This document shows positions 1-9,476 of a stretch of 64,000 nt of DNA, in pieces. Location: positions 6,416 to 70,415 of the forward strand of contig JAGVNL010000026.1 of NCBI GenBank assembly GCA_020053275.1, given 5' to 3'. The notes under the pieces are model-generated. The model worked only from the letters and a program-made list of their open reading frames with translations, did not search any database and had not been told where the DNA came from. Source of the stretch: a bacterium (GTDB lineage: Bacteria; Patescibacteriota; Patescibacteriia; UBA9934). The translations under genes and the position numbers were made by a program. Position 1 is the stretch's first letter; each line of letters opens with the position of its first letter.

Positions 1-2
1 TT

Positions 3-1214
3 CTACTGCGACAAATAACTCATTGGGTTAACAGGAATACCACCTTTTCTTACTTCAAAGTGCAAATGTGGCCCAGTAGATAACCCAGCTCCTTGCATGC
101 CGGGCCTACCACCAGATAACCCAATCTGATCACCACGACTGACGAACTGATCTGCCTTCACATCCATGCGCATTAAGTGAGCATAAAGCGTCGCCATGCC
201 GTTAGTATGAATTATCATTACGTAGTTACCATACTGACTGCCAGTTTTAGCCCAAGCAACATAGCCAGGTGCGGCAGCAGCTACCGAAGTTCCAACTGGT
301 ACCGCAATATCTAGCCCAGGATGCTCAAATAGATTACGGAATGGATACGATGTGTCGTGAAATAAAGCAGTGATAATACCCCGCAAAGGCCAGGAAATAT
401 CCGACGACCCTTCCCCGCTTTGGTCATTCTGTTTCAGCTTCTCTTCAACAGAGTTCTGCAAAGCAGCAATTTGTGACGCCACACTCTGCTGCTCCTGTCG
501 CAGCTCACTCATTAATGTTATATACCCCGCCTGGTTGTTCTCTGTTTGCGCCATCAATACCTCCTTCGCCTGTTGCTGTGAAGCTAACTTTGCCACCTTC
601 GTAGCCAACTCACTAGCTAAATCGTTTAACGAAGCTATTTTAATTTCATGGTCAGCTTTATCTGCTTCCAAATCTGCCTGCACGGCCTGTGTGGCATCTA
701 CCGTCTGCTTTAAGCCTCTATTCACATCCTCAAGTTGTGCCACGCCATTAAACGCCTCATGAAAATTCTCTGCTCCAAAAAATGTCGCTACCAAACCATG
801 ATCCTCACGCTGATTAAGCGTAAATAGCATATCCGACAACATCGCTCGCTGGCGAGCAATGTCTGCAGTTTTCAAACTAATATCTGCCTCCAGTACACGC
901 ATCTCCAAGTTCTGTTGTTCGATCTCCGTCTCGGTCGCAGTAATATCAAGCTCCGCTATAGCCGCCTCATTCTCAAGCAACGCCACATCATTTTCTAACG
1001 AGGCAACCATCTTCGATGCCCCGGATATTCTTTTCCGCAAAGTATCAAGTTTACTATTTACATCACTTATCTTAGCCTTCTTTGCAGCGATCTGCTCCTG
1101 TAATTCCTGCGCAGTCGTGTCATCCGCCCAAACATAACCAATCCGACTACCAAACAAGACCACTACCATTAGTGGAATTATTGCCAACAAAGTAATTGTT
1201 TGGCGTTTAGTCAT
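3..1214 (-). CDS. M23 family peptidoglycan metalloendopeptidase with N-terminal membrane anchor and long coiled-coil region (EnvC-like activator/hydrolase)
   Basis: 403 aa ORF. N-terminal TM helix, ~250 aa of heptad-like Q/E/A/L-rich coiled coil, C-terminal LytM/M23 motifs (HxH 'GPHLHFE'). Stop TAG at 3-5. Confidence 0.75.
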   Translation of the reverse strand: MTKRQTITLLAIIPLMVVVLFGSRIGYVWADDTTAQELQEQIAAKKAKISDVNSKLDTLRKRISGASKMVASLENDVALLENEAAIAELDITATETEIEQQNLEMRVLEADISLKTADIARQRAMLSDMLFTLNQREDHGLVATFFGAENFHEAFNGVAQLEDVNRGLKQTVDATQAVQADLEADKADHEIKIASLNDLASELATKVAKLASQQQAKEVLMAQTENNQAGYITLMSELRQEQQSVASQIAALQNSVEEKLKQNDQSGEGSSDISWPLRGIITALFHDTSYPFRNLFEHPGLDIAVPVGTSVAAAAPGYVAWAKTGSQYGNYVMIIHTNGMATLYAHLMRMDVKADQFVSRGDQIGLSGGRPGMQGAGLSTGPHLHFEVRKGGIPVNPMSYLSQ

Positions 1215-1223
1215 GATAATAGA

Positions 1224-2696
1224 TTAACCGATTAATTTTTGTGCTTGCTGCAAACGAACAAGTGTTTCATCCTTACCCAAAACCCACAACAACTCATACG
1301 GGCTAGCAGACTTTTCAAGCCCCGATAAAGCAACGCGCAACGGCCACAGCACATTACCGTTCTGCAATCCGTTACTATTAATATACTCCTTTATCGCAGC
1401 CTCGAGAAGTGTCACCGAATCGAACACAGCATCTTCCAACAGAGATAGAACATTTGAAATATTCGTAAGCTGCAATAACGAATCCTCCTTTGTAGATTTC
1501 TTCCATACTAAGACCTCCGGATTATATGAGGCTATACTAACATATGAGCTCAATTTATCCGCAAATTCAGTCAACCGGCTTACTCGTTCTCGCTCTATCA
1601 TCAACGCTTTCTGCAAAGTTAGTGACGACAAATCTAATGTCGTAAAAGGTTGTACAACTGCTACCAACTCACCCTGCGATAATTGCATTAAGTATTGATG
1701 GTTCATCCAATCTAGCTTTTCAATGTTCATCACAGCCCCTGCCCTACTCACCTTAGATAAGTCAAATAATTTCACTAACTCAGCTCGCTCATATATTTCC
1801 TGATCAGCCTTCGGATTAAACCCAAGCGTACTAATAAAATTAATTAAGGTAGCTGGCAAATAACCTTTAGCTAAATAGCTTTCAACAGACACATCCCCCT
1901 TTCGCTTGCTAAGTTTTGTTTTATCCGGATTTAAAATTAACGGAACATGAGCATAGATTGGCATCTGTATGTCAAGCATCTCGCACAATATAATTTGTTT
2001 CGGTGTAGAAGAAATCCATTCCTCGCCCCGCAACACATGGCTTATCTTCATCAAATAGTCATCAACGACAACCGCCAAATGATAGGAAGCAAAACCATCA
2101 GACTTAACAATAACCTGATCGTCAACATCGGCATTATTAAAACTAATTTCCCCACGAATCGCGTCAACAAATCGTGACTCACCTTCCGGAATTCTCATTC
2201 TAACTACATATCTTTCTCCTGCATCCTGTCTAGCCTTTACCTCATCAGGACTGAGCGCCGCACAGCGACGATCGTACCTAGGATTTTGCTTAGCGGCCAT
2301 CTGTGCAGCGCGCATCTCAGTCAACCGCTCGGTAGTGCAAAAACAAACATAAGCATTACCGTCAGTCAGCAATTTATCTGCGTATGGTTTATACAAGTGC
2401 AATCGCTGTGACTGAGTATACGGCCCAAAATCACCCTTCTCGCCAAGCGTACCGTCAGTCAACAAAACGGGACCCTCATCGTAATCCAAATCAAGCTTCT
2501 TAAAAGTATTCAACAAACCCTCAACCGCTCCAGCAACCAGCCTAGCTTGGTCGGTATCCTCAATTCTCACTACAAACTGACCGCCAGTCTGGCGAGCTAA
2601 AAAATAGTCAAACATGACCGTCCGCAATGTGCCAATGTGCATGAAACCAGTTGGCGAAGGTGCAATTCGAGTACGAGTTACCATATTAGCGACCAA
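1224..2696 (-). CDS. gltX: glutamyl-tRNA synthetase
   Basis: 490 aa. Class I aaRS HIGH motif 'SPTGFMHIGTLRT' and KMSKS-like 'KLSKR'. Length and architecture typical of GluRS. Confidence 0.9.
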   Translation of the reverse strand: MVANMVTRTRIAPSPTGFMHIGTLRTVMFDYFLARQTGGQFVVRIEDTDQARLVAGAVEGLLNTFKKLDLDYDEGPVLLTDGTLGEKGDFGPYTQSQRLHLYKPYADKLLTDGNAYVCFCTTERLTEMRAAQMAAKQNPRYDRRCAALSPDEVKARQDAGERYVVRMRIPEGESRFVDAIRGEISFNNADVDDQVIVKSDGFASYHLAVVVDDYLMKISHVLRGEEWISSTPKQIILCEMLDIQMPIYAHVPLILNPDKTKLSKRKGDVSVESYLAKGYLPATLINFISTLGFNPKADQEIYERAELVKLFDLSKVSRAGAVMNIEKLDWMNHQYLMQLSQGELVAVVQPFTTLDLSSLTLQKALMIERERVSRLTEFADKLSSYVSIASYNPEVLVWKKSTKEDSLLQLTNISNVLSLLEDAVFDSVTLLEAAIKEYINSNGLQNGNVLWPLRVALSGLEKSASPYELLWVLGKDETLVRLQQAQKLIG

Positions 2697-3498
2697 TTAA
2701 TTGTTGAAAAATCTCTGGCAGAGTTCTATATACAGCACGCCAGAAACGACCCTCTCGTAGTGTAGTTGAAATAACCGTCGCTGGAAAGACAACCACAGCT
2801 CGCCAGATTCTAGGTAAACGGCTAGGCTCAACCCTTAAGCGCCACAGCCATTCTAATCCAAGCCGCTGCATTAGCCTTGGTGCTCGTGGCAATAAACCAC
2901 CAATCATCGCACAAGCACCACCAACACCAATCATAACCTGCACACTCGGCCAACGCCTTTTATACTTTTCAATACATGATTCCTGCTTTTGCTGACCGAG
3001 TCCAACTGCTATTACCGCAGGCTTGATTTCGTCAATTACATCTACCGCAAACCGTGGTAAATCCCCTTCTCTGTTTATAACTCCAGGATCATAAGCGACG
3101 ACATCTAAATTCGAAAACTGTTTACGAAGATTGGCTGCTGCCTGTTCGCTCACTACTCGCTCACCAAGAATTAACAATCGTTTGCTGGACGCAGCACTAA
3201 GTTCTGCCAGAATTATCAAAGCAGAAACACCTGGAACTCTTGAACGAATCACCCTGCTTTCCAGAGCCGCAGAAGCAAAACGCAAACCAACACCATCTGG
3301 CAAATTCAAATCAAAATCATTTAATAACCTGGCGAATAATTTATCAGACTTTGCTGCTAGCAAAAATTCAGAATTAGGAGTGCAAACTGTATGCGCCATC
3401 AAATGCTCATCCGTATCAAGCCACTCACTAAACATTGCCCGAGCGCAACATTCATCAACCTCATCAATTCTTACTCCAAATAAATATTGCGACTTCAT
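2686..3498 (-). CDS. WecB/TagA/CpsF family glycosyltransferase (N-acetylmannosaminyltransferase-like)
   Basis: C-terminal 'LGLEWLWRLRVEPSRLPRIW' signature of the TagA/WecG family. Start moved to the ATG at 3498, which forms an ATGA overlap with the upstream ORF stop; the ORF-track start at 3534 would overlap by 40 bp. Confidence 0.6.
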   Translation of the reverse strand: MKSQYLFGVRIDEVDECCARAMFSEWLDTDEHLMAHTVCTPNSEFLLAAKSDKLFARLLNDFDLNLPDGVGLRFASAALESRVIRSRVPGVSALIILAELSAASSKRLLILGERVVSEQAAANLRKQFSNLDVVAYDPGVINREGDLPRFAVDVIDEIKPAVIAVGLGQQKQESCIEKYKRRWPSVQVMIGVGGACAMIGGLLPRAPRLMQRLGLEWLWRLRVEPSRLPRIWRAVVVFPATVISTTLREGRFWRAVYRTLPEIFQQLIGR

Positions 3499-3911
3499 AA
3501 GCCACGCCACAAAACAACACAAGTCGCTCCACAAAAATCGAAGAGCAGATCCTTCATTGTATCAATAACGCTCGTCTGTGCCACCAACCAACCAAATTCT
3601 GGCGCCATTACATTATCGCTAATAAACTCATACCATTCCCAACCAACTCCAATCATCATCGTAAAACCAACCACCATCACAAAATAAAACAATCTCTTAT
3701 AAATTTTATTTTTATGAGTAAGGGAAATAGTTTTGATATTATGATCAAACAGAGCAAAAGCCAGCACGGCCACTGCTAACCCACCGGCAAAATGCATAAA
3801 AATATCATAGTGTGGATACCATGAATATAGAGCAATCAGTCCCAAAATATGAAAAAACACTACCCAAGCTATGGCTTTAACCGCTTGTTTATAAGTTGTC
3901 ATATTGCCCAA
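3495..3911 (-). CDS. small integral membrane protein, function unknown
   Basis: 138 aa, three or four hydrophobic helices, no recognisable motif. Confidence 0.5.
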   Translation of the reverse strand: MGNMTTYKQAVKAIAWVVFFHILGLIALYSWYPHYDIFMHFAGGLAVAVLAFALFDHNIKTISLTHKNKIYKRLFYFVMVVGFTMMIGVGWEWYEFISDNVMAPEFGWLVAQTSVIDTMKDLLFDFCGATCVVLWRGL

Positions 3912-3942
3912 TTCTAGCAGTAAAAATTATTGCAAGCAAGGC

Positions 3943-3983
3943 TTGACGACGCTCATCTAGCACTCTATACTTACGACTGCTAA
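3943..3983 (+). promoter_or_regulatory. sigma-A type promoter (TTGACG-N17-TATACT) overlapped by a CIRCE-like inverted repeat (CTAGCACTC-N9-GACTGCTAA), the HrcA operator upstream of clpB
   Basis: TTGACG at 3943-3948, 17-nt spacer, TATACT at 3966-3971. The inverted repeat at 3957-3983 matches the CIRCE consensus TTAGCACTC-N9-GAGTGCTAA in 15 of 18 positions. The same architecture precedes hrcA. Confidence 0.6.
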
Positions 3984-3995
3984 CGATTCCATTCT

Positions 3996-6647
3996 ATGAT
4001 GCCAAATAATTTTACCAGCAAGAGCAACCAAGCCATGCAGGCTGCTCAAATGATCGCTGCCGATAACGGCCAGCACGGTATTGAGCCAATTCATTTGCTC
4101 GCTTCTCTCCTCGCCCAAGATGATGGCATGGTCATGACTTTACTACAAAAACTCGGATCACCCATTCAAGCTATCCAAAACGATATTGTTCGCATGCTGG
4201 AAACAATCCCCCGTCATGCCAGCGTGGAGCAGCCAATCCCAGGTCAAATCTTTTTGACGCCGCCTCTCGCTCATGTTTTAGAAAATGCCATTGCTCTAGC
4301 CAAACAATTTGGTGATGAATATATTTCGACTGAACATCTTCTCCTTGCTCTACTCACAGAAAAGATGACCGGCCAACTCCTAGTCAATCACGGCCTAACC
4401 GCGGAAGATATAGTTAAAACTCTAAAAGAACTTCGCGGCGATAATAAAATTACCAGCCAAGATCCAGAAAAGAAGACACAGGCCATAGAACGCTTCAGCA
4501 TCAACCTAACAGAACTCGCCCGTCGTGGTAAACTCGATCCAGTGATTGGACGAGACGAAGAAATTCGCCGCGTCATGCAAGTGCTTTCTCGCCGTACAAA
4601 AAATAATCCAGTATTAATCGGCGAAGCTGGTGTTGGTAAAACCGCCATCATTGAAGGGCTAGCACAACGCATTATTGCGGGTGATGTACCAGAGTCGCTT
4701 AAAGAAAAAGAAATCGTTTCGCTTGACTTAGGCGCCATGGTAGCCGGTACTAAGTTTAGAGGTGAGTTTGAGGAACGACTCAAAGCTGTTGTTAATGAAA
4801 TCAACGCCAGCACTGGTAAAATAATTCTCTTCATCGACGAGCTGCATATGTTGGTTGGTGCTGGTCATGGTGAAGATGCGCCAATGGACGCCAGCAATCT
4901 ACTCAAACCAGCGCTTGCCCGCGGAGAAATTCGCGTAGTCGGTGCAACCACCACCAAAGAATATCAAAAACATATCGAAAAGGATCAAGCGCTAGAACGA
5001 CGCTTTCAGCCTATCATGGTGAACGAACCAAGTATTGACGACACCATCGCTATCCTGCGCGGCATCAAAGAGCGCTACGAAATTCATCACGGCGTGCGTA
5101 TTTCCGACAACGCTATTATTGCTGCTGCCGAGCTCTCTACCCGCTACATTACGGATCGCCAGCTACCAGACAAAGCAGTAGATTTGATTGACGAAGCTGC
5201 CTCCGCCCTCCGTTTGCAAATCGACTCCATGCCAGAAGAACTAGACAGACTAAAACGCGACGAAATGCGTTTACAAATAGAACGCCAAGCATTATTAAAA
5301 GAAGAAGATAAAGAATCAAAAAAGCGTCTCAAAGAAATTGAAAGGCAAATTGCCGATCTCAAAGAGCAATCAGGTGCGCTAGAAATTGCTTGGAACTCCG
5401 AGAAACAACTCATCGAGGCAATTCGCGCTGCCAAAAATGAAATGGATCAGTTAATTAACGAAGCTGAGTTTGAGGAACGCCGCGGAAATCTACAACGCGT
5501 AGCAGAAATCCGTTATGGTCAAATCCCCACCAAACGAGAAACACTCAAACAAACAGAAACAAATCTAAAAATCCTCCAGCAACAACGCGGACTATTAAAA
5601 GAAGTCGTCGGTGAAGAAGACATTGCTGCAGTTGTTGGCCGTTGGACGCATATCCCAGTCTCAAAAATGTTGGAAGGTGAACTCACAAAACTTGCCCGCA
5701 TGGAAGAAGCCTTGAGCAAACGAGTAATCGGCCAAGCAGAAGCAATTCACGCCGTCAGCAACGCCCTCCGCCGCTCTCGTGCTGGCATAAGTGAAGAGAA
5801 TCGCCCAATCGGTAGTTTTATCTTCATGGGGCCAACCGGCGTCGGCAAAACCGAGCTAGCCAAAGCATTGGCGGAGTTCATGTTTAACGACGAAAAGGCC
5901 CTCGTTCGCTTAGATATGAGCGAGTACATGGAGCGCCACTCTATGAGTAAAATGGTGGGCTCGCCACCAGGCTATGTTGGCTACGACGAAGCTGGCCAAC
6001 TAACAGAAAAAATTCGTAAGCACCCCTACTCCGTCGTCCTCTTTGACGAAATTGAAAAAGCTCATCCAGATGTCTTCAACTTACTCCTGCAAATTTTAGA
6101 CGACGGTAACATCACCGACGCCAAAGGCCGTAAAGTAAACTTCAAAAACACGGTTATCATCATGACGAGCAACATTGGTTCAGACGCAATCCTAACCAAC
6201 CAGCAGCAATCAAGCCTCGGTTTTCATGACGGTACAGTCACCGCCGACGATGCCACAAAAAATAAAGTTATCGAGTTACTAAAAGAACACTTCCGCCCAG
6301 AGTTCCTAAACCGTATAGACGAAACTATCGTCTTCCATGCTCTCAGCAAAGAACAAATCGCTGAGGTTGTCGAGCTCCAACTGGCACTCGTCAGTCAACG
6401 CCTAATTACCGAACGCGGAATTGGCCTCAAAGTCACCGAGAAGGCAAAAAAGTTGCTCGCTCTTCGTGGCTACGATCCACAGTACGGTGCTCGCCCCCTC
6501 AAACGCGTCATCCAATCCATGATTCTTGACCCACTCGCCATGAAAATAATCACGGGCGATATAAGTGACAGCTCATCCCTCACCATCGACGCCAACAAAC
6601 AGGAAGAAATAGAGATTCGTAATAAACAACGGGTTGGTAGTTTGTAG
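3996..6647 (+). CDS. clpB: ATP-dependent chaperone ClpB (AAA+ disaggregase)
   Basis: 883 aa. Clp N-domain, two AAA+ modules (Walker A '[10 protein letters not shown]' and '[12 protein letters not shown]') and a long coiled-coil M-domain between them. Confidence 0.93.
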   Translation: MMPNNFTSKSNQAMQAAQMIAADNGQHGIEPIHLLASLLAQDDGMVMTLLQKLGSPIQAIQNDIVRMLETIPRHASVEQPIPGQIFLTPPLAHVLENAIALAKQFGDEYISTEHLLLALLTEKMTGQLLVNHGLTAEDIVKTLKELRGDNKITSQDPEKKTQAIERFSINLTELARRGKLDPVIGRDEEIRRVMQVLSRRTKNNPVLIGEAGVGKTAIIEGLAQRIIAGDVPESLKEKEIVSLDLGAMVAGTKFRGEFEERLKAVVNEINASTGKIILFIDELHMLVGAGHGEDAPMDASNLLKPALARGEIRVVGATTTKEYQKHIEKDQALERRFQPIMVNEPSIDDTIAILRGIKERYEIHHGVRISDNAIIAAAELSTRYITDRQLPDKAVDLIDEAASALRLQIDSMPEELDRLKRDEMRLQIERQALLKEEDKESKKRLKEIERQIADLKEQSGALEIAWNSEKQLIEAIRAAKNEMDQLINEAEFEERRGNLQRVAEIRYGQIPTKRETLKQTETNLKILQQQRGLLKEVVGEEDIAAVVGRWTHIPVSKMLEGELTKLARMEEALSKRVIGQAEAIHAVSNALRRSRAGISEENRPIGSFIFMGPTGVGKTELAKALAEFMFNDEKALVRLDMSEYMERHSMSKMVGSPPGYVGYDEAGQLTEKIRKHPYSVVLFDEIEKAHPDVFNLLLQILDDGNITDAKGRKVNFKNTVIIMTSNIGSDAILTNQQQSSLGFHDGTVTADDATKNKVIELLKEHFRPEFLNRIDETIVFHALSKEQIAEVVELQLALVSQRLITERGIGLKVTEKAKKLLALRGYDPQYGARPLKRVIQSMILDPLAMKIITGDISDSSSLTIDANKQEEIEIRNKQRVGSL

Positions 6648-6661
6648 TTAGTAGTTGGTAG
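6633..6661 (+). repeat. 'gtag' repeat block (ggtag-tttgtag-ttagtag-ttggtag) overlapping the last codons of clpB
   Basis: Tandem heptamer-like units (t/a)(t/a)(g/t)GTAG. Related blocks at 52627-52657, 53724-53747 and 56859-56882. Confidence 0.5.
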
Positions 6662-6671
6662 AATAAAGAAG

Positions 6672-6702
6672 AGCCCGGCCTGAGCCGAGCTTTTCATTTT
6701 TT
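6672..6702. terminator. rho-independent terminator between the convergent clpB and ppa genes, probably bidirectional
   Basis: Hairpin agcccggcc-tga-gccgagct followed by tttcatttttt; the complement carries a T-rich tail on the other strand. Confidence 0.55.
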
Positions 6703-6722
6703 AAACTACTTTCTACCAACTA

Positions 6723-7229
6723 TTATCTTTTATAATTCTCCATCGCAGCTACGATAATTTCTTTAGCAGCAGCGGCGTCGTGCCACTCCTCGATCTTCGT
6801 CATCTTTTTCTCCAATATCTTATAGCTCTCAAAGAAAAATGAAATCTCGTCCTTCAAGTGCTGCGTAACATCAGCTAAATCGGTAATATGCTTGAAGCGC
6901 ACATCATCTTTGGCCACTGCTAAAATCTTCTCGTCCTGCCCTTTATCATCGCTCATCACCAACACGCCAATCGGCCGAACATCAACGGCTACTCCAGGAA
7001 AAAGTGGATTGCTCACCATCACCAAAACATCTAGTGGATCGCCATCACCACCCAGCGTTTCTGGAAAAAATCCATAATCGCAAGGGTAAAACATTGGTGA
7101 GAACAAAACTCGATCCAGCTTGATTACGCCCTGTTCGTGATCAAACTCATACTTGTTCTGACTTCCACGAGGCACTTCTATGATTGCCTGACAAATGTCT
7201 GGTGCTTTGCTGCCGATTGTAAGTTGCAT
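6723..7229 (-). CDS. ppa: inorganic pyrophosphatase (family I)
   Basis: Family I PPase motifs 'DGDPLDVLV' and 'EIPRGS'. Start moved to the internal ATG at 7229 (168 aa) because the 203-aa ORF-track start at 7334 would overlap the divergent gene at 7318; the start choice is uncertain. Confidence 0.85.
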   Translation of the reverse strand: MQLTIGSKAPDICQAIIEVPRGSQNKYEFDHEQGVIKLDRVLFSPMFYPCDYGFFPETLGGDGDPLDVLVMVSNPLFPGVAVDVRPIGVLVMSDDKGQDEKILAVAKDDVRFKHITDLADVTQHLKDEISFFFESYKILEKKMTKIEEWHDAAAAKEIIVAAMENYKR

Positions 7230-7317
7230 AGATCCAATAGTTAGATTGATAGCCCTATAGTAAGGCTCATTTTGCCCTATGTCAAAGGCATTTCTGCCTG
7301 TGGTATAATAAAACCCT

Positions 7318-8679
7318 ATGAAACGACTCCTCATCAGTCTTGCTTTTAGCAGTCTTGTCCTAGCGCCTTTTGGTTCTGCGCTAGCTTTTGACCCAAATTA
7401 TATCATCTCAGACGAAGATCTTACCAACCCTTTCGCCCTCGACCGCAACCAAATTCAAGCGTACCTCGACCGCGGATTCCTCGGCACCTACCGTACGGAA
7501 GACAACACCGGGGTCGTGCGTTATGCTGCCGACATTATTTTACGCACAGCCCAAAGCGCCGGTGTCAGCCCAAAATTTCTACTCGTTCTGCTCCAAAAAG
7601 AACAAAGCTTAGTGGAGGACGACGCCCCAACCGACAGTCAACTCGACTGGGCTACTGGTTACGCGGTCTGTGACGACTGCTCCAAAGACGACGGCACCAT
7701 TCAACGCTGGCGTGGTTTTGGTAAACAAGTAAACTCTGCTGCACTCCAATTCAGTGAAGGCTATTTAGCAGATATCGAAAACTCTGGCAGCACTCAAGGT
7801 AAATACGGTCCCGATCTTCCAGTCAAAATCGACAGCACCACAGTCACCCCGGCCAACGCCGCCACCGCCGCGCTCTACGCTTATACACCGCACCTTCACG
7901 GTAACTCCAATTTCGCCTCAATTTGGGATCGCTGGTTTGGCGAAAATTACCCATCCGGGTCGCTACTTCAGGCAGTCGGCGATCCAAATGTCTATTTAAT
8001 TACCGATGGCTACAAACGACTAATCACCAGCTACAGCGCCCTTACTTCTCGCTTTAACTCAAGCTTAATCATTCAGGTAAACACAACATTACTCAGCAAT
8101 TATCCAGACGGCACACCTATCAACTTCCCAAACTATTCACTCCTACAGGATGAGGATAGTAATATTTTTCTACTTGTCGACGAAACTCTAAGGAAGATTG
8201 ACAGCGATAAAACTTTTAACAGTATTGGTTTCTCTAGCGACGAGATTGTTGACATCACAAATACAGAACGAGCTCAATATTCAGAAGGCCTGGCTATTAC
8301 CAGCGCTACCATCGCGCCCACTGGCCAACTCTACCAGCTAAAAACCAACAAAGCTGTTTATTATGTTCGTGACGGTGTAAGGCAAGTAATCGTAGATCCA
8401 GCTATTCTCGCAGCTCGTTTTCCGAATGAGGAGCCAACACCTGTCGACTCAGTCATCATCGAACAATATAAAGAAGGCAAAGCGCTACTCCTACCAGACG
8501 GCAATTTAGTTAAAGGCGCCGGCAGCCCTACAGTTTACATCATTACCGACGGCATGCGGCGTGCTATCGACTCCGAGTCTACCTTCTTAAGTTTTGGTTG
8601 GTCGTGGAATAAAATCCTCACCATCAGCGACGAAGCGCTTGCTCTCCACCCACTCGGTGCAGCACTTACCTCCGAATAA
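7318..8679 (+). CDS. secreted protein with Sec signal peptide, N-terminal conserved domain and three C-terminal ~90-aa repeats; function unknown
   Basis: Signal peptide 'MKRLLISLAFSSLVLAPFGSALA'. Three repeated modules marked by 'VYLITDGYKRLI', 'VYYVRDGVRQVI' and 'VYIITDGMRRAI'. Confidence 0.6.
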   Translation: MKRLLISLAFSSLVLAPFGSALAFDPNYIISDEDLTNPFALDRNQIQAYLDRGFLGTYRTEDNTGVVRYAADIILRTAQSAGVSPKFLLVLLQKEQSLVEDDAPTDSQLDWATGYAVCDDCSKDDGTIQRWRGFGKQVNSAALQFSEGYLADIENSGSTQGKYGPDLPVKIDSTTVTPANAATAALYAYTPHLHGNSNFASIWDRWFGENYPSGSLLQAVGDPNVYLITDGYKRLITSYSALTSRFNSSLIIQVNTTLLSNYPDGTPINFPNYSLLQDEDSNIFLLVDETLRKIDSDKTFNSIGFSSDEIVDITNTERAQYSEGLAITSATIAPTGQLYQLKTNKAVYYVRDGVRQVIVDPAILAARFPNEEPTPVDSVIIEQYKEGKALLLPDGNLVKGAGSPTVYIITDGMRRAIDSESTFLSFGWSWNKILTISDEALALHPLGAALTSE

Positions 8680-8680
8680 T

Positions 8681-9472
8681 ATGATCGTTTTTGCTGCCCA
8701 TGTTCCAAACTCTCCTCTCCTGCTGCCCTCAATCAGTGGTGACAGAATTGGTGCCGTAAAAAAAACCTGTTCGGCACTCGAACAACTCTCTGGCGAACTT
8801 TACGCAGCAAAACCAGATACCATCGTCCTCATCTCTGACCACCCAACCAGGTACAGCGAAGCCTTTTCAATTTCCGTCAGCGATCCTTTCATCGCTAATT
8901 TAGCGGAAGTCGGAGATCTCAGCTATCAAAAGTCATACCATCTAGATTTTGGTTTAATCGACGCCTTACAGCGCGGGCTACGAAAACTCGATGAACCTGT
9001 AACCCTAACCACAGATCCTCACCTCAACTTCGCATCTGCAATCCCACTTGATTATCTCACCAAGCACCTGCCAGGCATTAAACTGGTGCCAATAAGTCCG
9101 TGCGATCTTGACCCCAAATCTCATTTTAGTTTTGGCCAATCACTCAGTCACAATATAATCGAAAGCTCCAAACGCATTGCCGTAATTTCTACCGGTGACC
9201 TCGCACATACCCTTACCGACTTCGCTCCAGGCGGCCTGCATGCCAGCGGAGAACTTTATGATGACACGCTACTCACCATGCTCGAGCAACACAATGTCGT
9301 CGGTCTACTACAAATCGACGAACAACTCCGCCATGAAGCCCAAGAATCAGCCTATCATAAACTATTAATTTTGCTTGGCGTTCTAGACGGTATGCCAATT
9401 TCCACTAATTTATTAAGCTACGAATACCCATACGGAGTTGGCCTAGCCGTCATTAATTTTTTATTGGAGTAA
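8681..9472 (+). CDS. LigB/MEMO1-like protein (class III extradiol dioxygenase fold)
   Basis: N-terminal 'VFAAHVPNSPLLLP' and 'TIVLISDHP' resemble the 'HGSPM' and 'SAHW' metal-ligand motifs of the LigB/YgiD/MEMO family. Start moved to the ATG at 8681, 1 nt after the upstream stop; the ORF-track start is an in-gene TTG. Confidence 0.4.
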   Translation: MIVFAAHVPNSPLLLPSISGDRIGAVKKTCSALEQLSGELYAAKPDTIVLISDHPTRYSEAFSISVSDPFIANLAEVGDLSYQKSYHLDFGLIDALQRGLRKLDEPVTLTTDPHLNFASAIPLDYLTKHLPGIKLVPISPCDLDPKSHFSFGQSLSHNIIESSKRIAVISTGDLAHTLTDFAPGGLHASGELYDDTLLTMLEQHNVVGLLQIDEQLRHEAQESAYHKLLILLGVLDGMPISTNLLSYEYPYGVGLAVINFLLE

Positions 9473-9476
9473 TTCT

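Noticed and set aside
370-1137. Plus-strand ORFs 370-762 and 859-1137 inside the M23 peptidase gene
   Set aside because: They are antisense shadow ORFs of a well-supported coding region, with low-complexity Ser/Cys-rich translations and no start context. The same reasoning applies to most short antisense ORFs in the track, for example 1947-2177, 3131-3568, 4388-4834, 5144-5929, 9879-10231, 13737-13949, 17826-19233, 24570-25173, 25514-26462, 28008-28456, 32802-33235, 37267-38085, 43451-43978, 45372-45717, 46392-47413, 48031-49128, 50343-50618, 51328-51958, 52949-53746, 55405-56644 and 57002-57418.
6723-7334. Longer 203-aa start for ppa at 7334
   Set aside because: The first 35 codons have no PPase similarity and would overlap the divergent secreted-protein gene start by 17 bp. 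The internal ATG at 7229 gives a canonical ~168-aa PPase, but the shorter start is not certain.
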